Below are positions 27,642-37,900 of a stretch of 64,000 nucleotides of DNA, one piece after another (position 1 is the first letter of the stretch; the number at the start of each line of letters is the position of its first letter). A program made the translations under genes and the position numbers. The notes under the pieces are model-generated. The model ran no database searches. It saw nothing but the letters and a program-made list of their open reading frames with translations, and had not been told where the DNA came from. This stretch comes from Marsupella aquatica (Eukaryota > Plantae > Marchantiophyta). The stretch lies in the NCBI GenBank assembly GCA_973895155.1, contig OZ316891.1, positions 16,123,137 to 16,187,136 on the forward strand, in the 5' to 3' direction.

Positions 27642-27966
27642 TTCCTCCCGGCTCGCGGGAGGCCCTTCAACTCCCCCCCGCTCGCGTGATCCTCCCAGCT
27701 CGCGGGAGGCCCTTTAACTCCCCCCCGCTCGCGTGATCCTCCCAGCTCGCGGGAGGCCCTTTAACTCCCCCCCGCTCGCGTGATCCTCCCAGCTCGCGGG
27801 AGGCCCTTTAACTCCCCCCCCCGCTCGCTTGCGCTCCTTCAGCTCGCGGAGCCTCATTAATTGCCCGGGCACGCAGCCCTATGGGCTCGCGAGGCAGCCC
27901 CTTCAGCTCGCGGAGCCCCATTAATCGCCCGGGCACGCAGCCCTATGGGCTCGCGAGGCAGCCCCT
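27642..27966. repeat. GC-rich 47-bp x~4 and 64-bp x2 tandem repeats in the LTR (U3 side); also at ~38340-38665
   Basis: Units TCCTCCCAGCTCGCGGGAGGCCCTTTAACTCCCCCCCGCTCGCGTGA and CTTCAGCTCGCGGAGCC...GAGGCAGCCC. Confidence 0.9.
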
Positions 27967-28292
27967 CTTTCTCTCGGACGGCCACTAATGGGACTCGCCC
28001 TCCTGAGGAGGGATTTATTTAAAAAAAAACCCCCCCCTCTCCTGACTTTGCAATGGGGGTCTCAACAATAGCTCTTGAAGCAAAACGGTAAGTCCTATGG
28101 GGCTGGTCCTGGCTAGTTTCAAGGTCCCAAAATATTTGCCCACTTAGGTCGCCGCAAATCTTAGAACTATTATGAGAGAAAGAATATAAAGTCACCTGGG
28201 GCATCATCAACCTATAATGACGGAATTAACTAAAAATTAAAAAATGGCTTATTTACATTGACTATTAACAAGGTATCGGCCTTTGCAACCAG

Positions 28293-31200
28293 TTATGTGT
28301 GACTTCCCGTGACGGGGTACCCGTCACATAGCTCCTCTCTTAATTGCGAAGCGCCCCCGCGAGCACCATACTCTTCCTCCGTGTAGTACTTCTTTAGGCG
28401 CTCTTGATTGATCCGTGTGTTGAGTAGTTGCCCCTCCAATGTCTTGAGTTGAACCGAGCCGTTGGAGTAGACGGCATCCACTACGTAGGGTCCCATCCAC
28501 CGTGTATGCAACTTCCCGGGGAAATGCATGAAGCGGCTATCGTAGAGGAGCACCAAATCTCCCTCCTCAATGGACACACGACGGAGACGGGAATCGTAAT
28601 GTGACTTGCGTTTGCCTTGCTCCTGCTCCGTATGTGTCAAAGCCTCTTCTCGTGTCTCCGTGAGTTGCTCCAACTGTTGGATCCGTGAAGCGACACTTTC
28701 TTCTTCTGCCCCTTCCCTTTCCCGTGTTAGGATTCGAATGGTTGGAACCTCAAATTCCACCGGCACAAGAGAGTGTTGTCCAAACACAAGGAAATAGGGG
28801 CTGTGGCCCGTGGTAGTCTTGTGAGCCAGGTTGTAAGCGTAAGTGGCAGCCAACAACTTCAAATCCCAATCGGTCTTGTGAGCGGATACCGTTTTGTTGA
28901 GGATCTTGCCCATGATCCCGTTGGCTCTCTCAGTGAGCCCGTTGGCTCGAGGGTGGTACGGAGTGGTCTTCCTATGTGAGATCAAGTAGTTCTCCGTCAA
29001 ACGTTCAATCGTATGATTGAGGAAGTGAGTACCCCTGTCACTTACCAACTCCAATGGTGGACCAAATCGTGTAAAAATCTGCTCATACAAAAAACGTGCC
29101 GTGGTGTTGGCATCATCCTTGGCAGTAGCTCGGGCCTCCACCCACTTGGTGGCATAGTCCGTTGCAAGAATGATGTAGCGCTTCCTCCCTCTTCGTGTGA
29201 TGGGAGTGAAAGGGCCAATGAAGTCCACCCCCCACTTCTCAAAGGGTGCAAGAGGAAGTATGGGCACCAATGGGTGTCGTGAGGAGGGCCCTGGTTTGCC
29301 TTGACGCTGGCACGGATCACATCGCTGGATGTACCGGTGTACATCCCGAAAGAGAGTTGGCCACCAATATCCAGCATCTAGTATTTTCCTTGCGGTGGTC
29401 TCCCGTGCAAAGTGGCCACCAGCTTCCTCCTCATGTAATGCTGCCATGACTGTACGTATCTCCGCTTCCTCCAAACAACGACGAAGTCGGCCATCCATGC
29501 CGTACTTGTGAAGTACTCCCTTCACAAGCAAGTAGGGACCTGTCTTACGCAAAAACACTGCTGCTCTCTCCGGGCCCAAACGTGAGGGAACTCTAGCCGT
29601 GCGGAGAAATTCCAAAATTTCTCCATACCAAGTAGTGGCCTCTGTATTCACGCTGAACACTTCCTCATCCGGGAACCGATCATCAATCTCCTGGGAGTCA
29701 GATGCTCCCTCAATACGGGAGAAGAAGTCTGCATTGCTATGACTCTTCCCCGATCTTACTCTCACCTCATAGTTGAACTCTTGTAGCAACAAAACCCAAC
29801 GTGCAATTCTCCCGGACAGATCTGGCTTGTTGACCATGTATTTCAAGCTGTTGTGATCCGTGTGGAACACAACCTTGTACCCCAACAAATAATGACGATA
29901 CTTCTTACAAGCGTAGATGATACCAAGTGCCTCCCTATCGGTGGGTGAGTAGTTTTTCTCTGCCGGGGCCAACTGCCTACTGGCAAAGTAGATGGGATGG
30001 TCTCTTCCATCATCATCTAACTGACTCAAAACGGCACCGATGCAAAATCCTGATACGTCTACGTAAACATGGAATTCCTTATTCCAATTGGGCGTAATGA
30101 GCACGGGGGCCTCTAGCAATCGTTTCTTCAATTCATCAAAAGCAGCCTGACGGGAAGGAGTAGGTTCAAACTCACTTCCTTTTTTCAACATGGAAGTGAG
30201 TGGCATGGCTACCTTGGCAAAGTCTTTGATGAAGCGTCGGTAGTAGCCAACACACCCCAAGAACCCTCTCACTTCCTTCACATTCTTGGGAAATGAGACT
30301 GCTACCCACACGGCGACCTTCTCACGATCAACTTCAATCCCTCGTGCAGACACTTTGTGGCCCAATAGGATTCCCTCCTCAATTCCAAAGAAACATTTCT
30401 CCGGATGCAGCTTCAGGCAAGTCTCCCGGCACCGCTGAAAAGTCAACCGTAAGTGTTCCGGATGCTTGACTCGTTTGCCGTAGACAGCAAAGTCATCAAT
30501 AAAGATCTCCAAGAACCTGCGTAAAAAGTCATGAAATATATTCATCATGAGCCGTTGGAACATGCCAGGGGCATTGCACAACCCAAAAGGCATTCTCCGG
30601 AATGCAAAAATCCCCCACTCTGTTGTGAAAGCCGTCTTGAGTTGGTCCTCCTCCCGTATCCAGATTTGGTTGTACCCAGAGTAGCCATCCAAGAAGCTGT
30701 ATATCTCCCAACCTGCTACCATGTCCAACACGATATCCGTGAACGGTAGCGGGTAGTGATCCTTCTTGGTCGCATCATTCAACTTTCGAAAATCTTGGCA
30801 CACCCGTATTTTCACCTTCCCGTCTGGCCCCTTTTTCTTGGGCACGATTACGATGGGTGACACCCACTCACTATGCATGACCGGATAAATGAATCCTGCA
30901 TCCAACAAACGGTCAATCTCCTCCTTCACCATGAGTGAGTATTTGGGGTTGAGGCGGTATTGGCGTTGCCTCACAGGTCGTGCTCCTGACATCAGGTCAA
31001 TGCTGTGCTCACCAAACTCAGGTGGCACTCCTTTCAAATCTTGGTGGCTCCACGCAAATACGTCTTGGTACTCTTTCAACAATTCCTGAATCGTGCGTTG
31101 CTCCGTAGCATCCAACTTACTACCAATGTTGAGTGTCTTGCCCTCACCCACTTCCACCTTTGTGTACTGCTCCGGCCTGATCACGTCCAACTTGTTGCGT

Positions 31201-34200
31201 GTCTCCTCATCAAAGGTTTCTTCCAACCGTGCGAGCCTCATCCCTCCATACACCGGTGCATCACTCTCCTCCTGGTCTGGTCGGGATGGAGGTGGATCCT
31301 TTGTCACATGGGCCATTATTTCTTCAACGTCAGATTCTTTGTAATGTGACAATAGCTCCTCTCTAAAGTCATCATCCAGGATGTCATTCAAAAACTGCTC
31401 TCTTTGCTCATCATCAAACATGATCGTGTGGGCTTGCATTTCCACCTCCTCGGGGTGATCCTCTGCCTCCCTATCATGAATCTCTAGAGGTTCAGCCTCC
31501 ACAATTTTGCTTCGCTCGTCTTCCATCTCTTCTAGAACAGCGTGCACTTGGCTAACTGATTCCTCTACTGCATGCTCTTGAGTAGCAACTCCGGGGCCAA
31601 AAACATCTTCCTCCGTGAGGTGAGAAATCAGTTTCACCATGTATACTTCATCCTCGTCTTCATCTGAGGTGACCTCTGAATCATATTCCTCCTCCATAGT
31701 CGTAGTCTCCCCGTGAGGTGACTCCGCTGACCATGGAATAGTGATAGTGGGGATACCAAACCGAAACTGCCGTTTGCCCCAATCACTTGTGACCTTGGCC
31801 ACATACAACCATGGCCTGCCAATTAAAATGGGAAAACCGTACGGCCGAACGGGTCGCATCACCAAATAGTTGAGGGGGAAAGATTTTCCCCCAATCATTG
31901 TTGGAATCTTGGTGAGACACCCCAACGGCACCACCCGTGCACCATCAGCCAACCTCATGGCACGTGCCGGTGGTTCTAACTCTGTATACCCCAACCGGTT
32001 TGCCGTCTCCTCAGTCATGATGTTGACTCCCGAGCCCCCGTCCACCGGTACAAACCGTATTGCACATCCATTGATGTCCACCGTGAGTTCTGGGGCACCC
32101 AAATCCTCCGTGACCCAGTTGACTTGTATGGGGTCAGCCCCAACTTTGGGTAACCTTCTTCTACGTCTCCTCCTCATGAGAATCTCCTTGACTTGGCGAC
32201 GGTATAGGGAGCTATCCCATAATAGTTGACCAATTGTGGCACTGACTGGGCAATCCAGAATGTCTTGAGCAATGTTGTACGCGGTTGCAGGAGGTATGGG
32301 TGGGATGACCTCTTCTCCCGGTTTCCAACGAACAACCCTCTCCTCCGCTTTCTTTCTGGCCTTTGCCTCCTCCATGTCTTTGTCAATGGCCGCTTGCATG
32401 GTTTGTGCTTCTAGCTCCTCCAACTGCTTACGTACCTCTTCTCCCACCTTCGGATAGAACAACTTGGGGTTGTCCCGATCAAAGTCACTATCCTCCATGG
32501 GTGGCACCTCCGGTTCGTGTGAGGTACCCGATGTGGAAGCTTGATGCACCTCCTTGTACTTCTGCTTGAGCTCGGACTTGCCCTTCTTTTTGCCGGATCG
32601 AGTGGAGACTCGGTAACAAGAGTAATGCCTTCTCTCCTCGTCGCTGTCTTCCTCCGGTAGATTCTCAGCATGAGTCCACTCATGACTTGGGGGTGAGGGG
32701 TTAGCAACTTCAACTTCCGTAGATGTTGCAACAACAACCACCGGTATCTCAACAACTGGAGATACTACAACGACTAGCGGTACCACCTCCTCCGTTATGG
32801 TGGTCATCCTTTGCTTGGGAATGTTCACTACGGTTTCTTCTCTTCTAGTGATTAGAGGGGTGTCGACTGCTTCCGTGGTGAGAAAGTTGACGCTAGCTTC
32901 TTTCAGAGGAGGTGGCGGCCCCTTCTTCTCTTGTGCCCCAATCGGTTGAGCCTTGAACGCCTCCAAGGTTGGGCAGTGTGGTGCAAGATGACCCTCCCCC
33001 TTGCATAGTTGACACAGCCGGGCAAAATCTCCATTGCCTTGACGGGTGGGCTCTGGGCACACATTAGCGTAGTGGCCCGCCACTCTACAATTGTAACAAA
33101 TAGGGATCTTCCTCACTCCAGGGTACGGTGGTCGATTCCCTGGGTTAGCGTTGGGATAGTTGGAGTATGCGGGTGCTCCGGCGTTTGTTGAAACTCCATG
33201 AATGCTCCGTGGTCCCGGGTTGAGAGGTTGTACACTATACACGTTGGCCTCTGGTGGCTCCTCCATGAAGTACTCTATTGGCCCTTCCGCTGCATATGAA
33301 GGATTTGAGTAGCTTGCCCCCTCAACATCCTCCTCCCGTACTTGGAAAACCTTGGCTGGTTCTCCCGCTGGGCACTCCTTCGGGGCATGACCAAACTTCA
33401 TGCACTTGGTGCACCACACATTGGCTCTCTCCACCGGAACTTTTCTCCTCTCAGGTTTGAGTCCGGCAAAATGTACTTTCAACGCTTTCATTTGCTCCGT
33501 CAGCTCATCATATCTGGCCTCTTGCTCCTTCAGGCGTCTTGCCGTAGACAATGGTGTAACGGCCACCGTGGGTAGTATCACTTCACGGTGAGAGGACTTC
33601 TTGACTTTCTTTGACAACTTCTTCTTCTTCCTCCTTCGTCTTTCAGCTTCTGACTCCGTAGTGTCTGACTCTGTAGTACTCTCAGAATCCTCAGATTCAT
33701 CACTACTATCTGAATCAGATCCACTCGACTCCTCACTGGAGGAACTGTCAACCGGCTTCAGCTTCTTTCTTCGGCAACGCTTGCTTGTGGCATCAGCTGC
33801 GGTGTATGACTCCGCTGCTGCAATAGCTTCAGCCAATGTGGTTGGCTTGGCTTGACGTACAAAGAACCCCATCTTGCTTGGTAGGGCAGCCACAAACCAG
33901 GCTTGACGCATAGCATCATCGGTACGGGCTTGGATCCGACGTACCAGCTTTTGGAACCTTTGCAAAAACCTCCGTAATGACTCCTTCTTCTTCATCCTGA
34001 GTTGGCCCACCTTTAATAGTGAGGTGGCCTCCACTCCTATGGATCTGAACTCCTTCAAGAAGGCTTGCTTGAACAGAGCCCAATCAGCTTTCACGTTGGC
34101 CAACAACGAAATGAACCATGGACCTGCCTCCCCTCTCATCATTCCAGGAATGATAGTGAGCTTATGTGCAGACTCCCCATTAGCTTCGGCAATCCCTTCA

Positions 34201-34694
34201 AACTCCTCAATCCATTCGTCTGGATCATCCTTTGGTCTCCCCTTGAAGGGTACGTACTGAACACGGGTACGTTGTGCAGCTGCCATCGGTGCAGCCGGTG
34301 CCTGTATCAACACAGGTGGTAATGGCGCTTGTTGGGCCACCGGTAACAGCACCGATGATAGGTGTGAGATGATTTGTGGCAATGCAGTGAGCTCTGGGAT
34401 CAGATTTTGTAACTCAGACTGCACCAACACAAAGGGCTCTCCTTCTTCTCGCTCGTGATCTATGTCTGGCTCTTCGTCTGGGCATATGGCCTCATTACGT
34501 TGAGCCTCTTCCTGTTGCACACCAACTTGTTCTTCCAGCACCAGTGGCAACCTCCTCTCTTCTGCAAGCCGTAAGCGTTCTTCGGCAGCAACTCGTCGTC
34601 TGGTCCCAATCCAAGAGGGCCCCCCTTCTAGCTCTGATCTTGGGGTACGTGTGTGTTGGGGACTTCCTCTACCTCCCCTTCTCCCTCTCGGCAT
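28293..34694 (-). CDS. Gag-Pol polyprotein (gag, 3 CCHC knuckles, PR, RT, RNase H, IN)
   Basis: 2133-aa ORF: CTKC/CYNC/CQLC knuckles, VDGGSGVN, FIDDF, YVDVS, WGVDFIGP...SDRG...ERAN. Gypsy domain order, no chromodomain. Stop codon lies inside the 3' LTR. Confidence 0.97.
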   Translation of the reverse strand: MPRGRRGGRGSPQHTRTPRSELEGGPSWIGTRRRVAAEERLRLAEERRLPLVLEEQVGVQQEEAQRNEAICPDEEPDIDHEREEGEPFVLVQSELQNLIPELTALPQIISHLSSVLLPVAQQAPLPPVLIQAPAAPMAAAQRTRVQYVPFKGRPKDDPDEWIEEFEGIAEANGESAHKLTIIPGMMRGEAGPWFISLLANVKADWALFKQAFLKEFRSIGVEATSLLKVGQLRMKKKESLRRFLQRFQKLVRRIQARTDDAMRQAWFVAALPSKMGFFVRQAKPTTLAEAIAAAESYTAADATSKRCRRKKLKPVDSSSSEESSGSDSDSSDESEDSESTTESDTTESEAERRRRKKKKLSKKVKKSSHREVILPTVAVTPLSTARRLKEQEARYDELTEQMKALKVHFAGLKPERRKVPVERANVWCTKCMKFGHAPKECPAGEPAKVFQVREEDVEGASYSNPSYAAEGPIEYFMEEPPEANVYSVQPLNPGPRSIHGVSTNAGAPAYSNYPNANPGNRPPYPGVRKIPICYNCRVAGHYANVCPEPTRQGNGDFARLCQLCKGEGHLAPHCPTLEAFKAQPIGAQEKKGPPPPLKEASVNFLTTEAVDTPLITRREETVVNIPKQRMTTITEEVVPLVVVVSPVVEIPVVVVATSTEVEVANPSPPSHEWTHAENLPEEDSDEERRHYSCYRVSTRSGKKKGKSELKQKYKEVHQASTSGTSHEPEVPPMEDSDFDRDNPKLFYPKVGEEVRKQLEELEAQTMQAAIDKDMEEAKARKKAEERVVRWKPGEEVIPPIPPATAYNIAQDILDCPVSATIGQLLWDSSLYRRQVKEILMRRRRRRRLPKVGADPIQVNWVTEDLGAPELTVDINGCAIRFVPVDGGSGVNIMTEETANRLGYTELEPPARAMRLADGARVVPLGCLTKIPTMIGGKSFPLNYLVMRPVRPYGFPILIGRPWLYVAKVTSDWGKRQFRFGIPTITIPWSAESPHGETTTMEEEYDSEVTSDEDEDEVYMVKLISHLTEEDVFGPGVATQEHAVEESVSQVHAVLEEMEDERSKIVEAEPLEIHDREAEDHPEEVEMQAHTIMFDDEQREQFLNDILDDDFREELLSHYKESDVEEIMAHVTKDPPPSRPDQEESDAPVYGGMRLARLEETFDEETRNKLDVIRPEQYTKVEVGEGKTLNIGSKLDATEQRTIQELLKEYQDVFAWSHQDLKGVPPEFGEHSIDLMSGARPVRQRQYRLNPKYSLMVKEEIDRLLDAGFIYPVMHSEWVSPIVIVPKKKGPDGKVKIRVCQDFRKLNDATKKDHYPLPFTDIVLDMVAGWEIYSFLDGYSGYNQIWIREEDQLKTAFTTEWGIFAFRRMPFGLCNAPGMFQRLMMNIFHDFLRRFLEIFIDDFAVYGKRVKHPEHLRLTFQRCRETCLKLHPEKCFFGIEEGILLGHKVSARGIEVDREKVAVWVAVSFPKNVKEVRGFLGCVGYYRRFIKDFAKVAMPLTSMLKKGSEFEPTPSRQAAFDELKKRLLEAPVLITPNWNKEFHVYVDVSGFCIGAVLSQLDDDGRDHPIYFASRQLAPAEKNYSPTDREALGIIYACKKYRHYLLGYKVVFHTDHNSLKYMVNKPDLSGRIARWVLLLQEFNYEVRVRSGKSHSNADFFSRIEGASDSQEIDDRFPDEEVFSVNTEATTWYGEILEFLRTARVPSRLGPERAAVFLRKTGPYLLVKGVLHKYGMDGRLRRCLEEAEIRTVMAALHEEEAGGHFARETTARKILDAGYWWPTLFRDVHRYIQRCDPCQRQGKPGPSSRHPLVPILPLAPFEKWGVDFIGPFTPITRRGRKRYIILATDYATKWVEARATAKDDANTTARFLYEQIFTRFGPPLELVSDRGTHFLNHTIERLTENYLISHRKTTPYHPRANGLTERANGIMGKILNKTVSAHKTDWDLKLLAATYAYNLAHKTTTGHSPYFLVFGQHSLVPVEFEVPTIRILTREREGAEEESVASRIQQLEQLTETREEALTHTEQEQGKRKSHYDSRLRRVSIEEGDLVLLYDSRFMHFPGKLHTRWMGPYVVDAVYSNGSVQLKTLEGQLLNTRINQERLKKYYTEEEYGARGGASQLREELCDGYPVTGSHT
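28329..28342 (-). promoter_or_regulatory. Polypurine tract
   Basis: AAGAGAGGAG(CTA) immediately before TGTGAC of the 3' LTR. Confidence 0.65.
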
Positions 34695-34910
34695 CCCATT
34701 GAGACCTGCATTCCAAACTTACACCAATGTCTCAGAAAGCAATATTTGTAAACATCAACCGTCGCACGATGCGTTGTGGTTGACGTACAATAACAAAGTA
34801 ACCAACAAACTTCTCACGTATCAACCGTCGCAAGTTGCGTTGTGGTTGATAGGTTTGAACTCCCAATAGACGTAGCTCCCCTCCTTCGTGTCGTCAAACA
34901 AGAAGAAGGA

Positions 34911-34929
34911 TTCCCCGGCAGCGGCGCCA
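34911..34929 (-). promoter_or_regulatory. Primer binding site
   Basis: Minus strand TGGCGCCGCTGCCGGGGA, resembling the Athila-type PBS, about 20 nt after the 5' LTR. Confidence 0.8.
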
Positions 34930-34949
34930 AAAACAAAAGACCACACTTA

Positions 34950-37900
34950 TGTCACTTGCCTCTCCAACGGTTAATACGTGCAAACCGCACTTTTCTTCGC
35001 TTAAACCGTTGGTATCGTATTACGGGGTCGTGGAGGGACGCTATTTGGATTCTTTTCACACCAGGATGAGTATTTTGGTTTCCGCTCCCGGAAATGTAGG
35101 TTTTGATCAAGTCTACCGACTACCCTCACCCCACAGCTTTTGATCAAGTCCTGCCGACTACCCCACTACACCTTCACTCGGAGTCACCCAAAGAGTGCTG
35201 TCACCACCCCTACTCACAAGGCCGACTCAAACCAAGCAAGTTTCTTCAAATCATAGAACGGGAGAACACAATTCGGAAAGCGAAAAAGGGAGAAGGAACA
35301 CACAACAAAAGCCCATCAAGTCAAATGTACAGATCCATATCTCTTGGGAAAAACGATACACATTGCATGAGTAACCCGACCTCCTGCCGTCTACTCAACT
35401 CCTGCCTCTCCGGACAATGAGTATGGCTCCCCCTCACTACTCTGAACACGCTTTCAAACTCCTCAGGCTCCACTCTATCCCTCCTTGCTAACTTCACACT
35501 GAGTCCCCCTAACTACTTCGGGGCTATCCCCCTAAATACTGAAAAATCACACCAAAGCACCCCTCACAGGGTCACAACGGTGGCGGCTACCCTAGCGGCG
35601 CCGCTAAAACCTTGCACTAAGAGAAATCCTTAAACTGAAGAGGAGCATGCGGCACACACATGCTGCTAAAACCCTAAACCCAAAACAAGGGGGCCGACGG
35701 TGCCTTCGACGGCGCCCCAACAGTACACGTGAACCCTGAAAGTGAGAGGCACCCCAAAATGGCCGAAACTAGGTGCCCTTCCAAGTGCACACCTGAGCTC
35801 ACCCCTGGATAGCTCTTCTTTTCCTGCTTCCGAATCACTAAGTCGCTCCCTCAACGGACTTCAGACGCCTGAGTTATGGCCGTTTCCGTACCGCAAAAAC
35901 ATAAGTTCTCCAGGCCATAACTTGCTCATCCTGGCTCCGTTTGAGGAGCGCCGCCTCTTGTTGGAATCAGCTCCGCGAGCTCATCCCAACAAGCCCATGA
36001 GTGACCCCCCACTAAAATGTTGGAAATCTGGAGGCCGTACACCCACGTCCGTACGCCTATCTAATCCTCCTCTTCTTCTTCGCTCTCGGTGCCCGGACTT
36101 GTGCCCCGTGAGTGGTCCTCCTCCTCATCACTCACGGGAGTGAGTGCCACCGTACTTTTCTTCTTCTTCGACGGAGTACTCTTAGTGCTGCTGCTCCCGC
36201 GCTTCCTCAAAGCAGCCAAGGCCTGCCACGCCTTGATGTACCCCTCACCAATTGTGTCCTTCCAGAGGGTAGCCTCTTCTCCGGACCACAACTCCAACGG
36301 TAGAACTTGCCCCGTGGCCATGGGAGTCCCGGGGGTGACAGACCTGGGTGGCATCCCCGTACTGACCTGAGCCTCCCGTAACGATTTCCGTACCTCCCGG
36401 AGCTTCTTCTCCAAGCTCTTACTCTTCTCCTGACTCTTCTTGGCTCCATCCAACAAGGGTCCATACTTCCCACTAACCTCCTTCACCACCATCTCGATAG
36501 CTTGGGAGATCACATCCGGGGAAAGTGTGGAGCCAGGTGTGCCGGGACTCTTCCGTTTCCCTAGACTCAGGGCCTCACTTCTCTTCGCTCGTGTCTCAAA
36601 GGCTGCCACCTGACTCCGTAGTGCTCCCACCTGGTTCCTCCACTCCATCACTTCTCCAGAATTTTGCTTCTCTTTGGCCAATGCTTGCCTCAACGCTCCT
36701 ACTTCTTCTGCTTCCTTGGCCTTGGTGGACAAAGCTCCCTTCAAGTTGGTGATCTCTACGTGAGCTGCATTGATGTGCCTGACCTTCTCATGAATGGTCT
36801 GCTCCTTGGTCTTGATCACCTCCTTCAGTGACAGGATGCTCTGCTCTAACGTCTCTACTTTGACTGTGGCGTGCTTGAGAGACTCCCTCAATGCGTGGAC
36901 TAGCTTGAGTCCCTCGTGGACTCCCTCTCTGAAATCCCGTAGCTCTGCCAAGTAAACATCCGGAATGTTGTATTCCAGAGGCTGTTTCGGATCTCCCACG
37001 AGTGATTCAAGCCACTCCAATGTGCAATCATCCTCCTGGTTCTCTTCTTCTCTATTATCCTCCCCACCAGCAGACAATGATTCCTCCGTGAGCTTCCCTA
37101 AAACGGTAGTGGCAATACTCCGGATCTCCGTGGTGAGAGATGATCCCGTGTCTTCATGCCCCGGAGAACCAATCAACCCTTCTGCCCTGGCCAATACAAA
37201 TGACCCCATCAAATGTACAGCCCCACCTGGTTTCACACTCCCGGGCTCAGCGGCCAATAGCTTCTTCAATCCGTAGCACCACCATCCGTACACATGGGCT
37301 GGGTAGTTCTTGATGTCCATAGCTACCACGAAATGCTCCTCATTCAGCACTCCGGATTGCACGTTGCCAAGAACCCGTTGATGCACCTTGGCCAGGAAGC
37401 CCTTATACTCAACATCCTTGACAGCAGAAAGAGGGATGGCGGTGGTGGAGGTAGGATTGGTCACCCAAGTGGCCACCATTTTCAACGTGAGTTCTCCCCT
37501 GATATTCCGAGGTGTGAATGAGAATTTCTGATTCTCAAGAAACAATAGCTTAGCCAACTCCACATGGGGCACTACACGTTTGAGACATTCAAAGTAGATT
37601 CCCTCCGTTCGGAACTCCATCCCGGCCTCAATGTCCCAGCTCTTCCCTGAAGGGATGGTAATCTCCACCTTCATGAATTCTGTAAGCCCGGTGGCTTGGA
37701 AAATGTTCCGACAATCCTCCATCACCTTGGTGGAGGTCTTGGGATAAATTCGACGAAAAATCTTCCTACCCACCGGTGAGGAACCCGCTGCCAATCCCGT
37801 GCTCATCATAACTTCTCTCTCTTCCCTTTCCCGTGTAATCCGAGTCTCCACGTAGTCACGGTAAGCAGCCTTGTATCTCCGAATGCGTGACGCACTAAAC

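Larger units (their letters stand above)
24252..28328 (-). repeat. 3' LTR (4077 bp)
   Basis: Direct repeat of 34950-39027; I counted about 7 transitions and one 1-bp indel. Confidence 0.95.

Noticed and set aside
28606-34322. Numerous short plus-strand ORFs
   Set aside because: Antisense shadows of gag-pol with no independent motifs.
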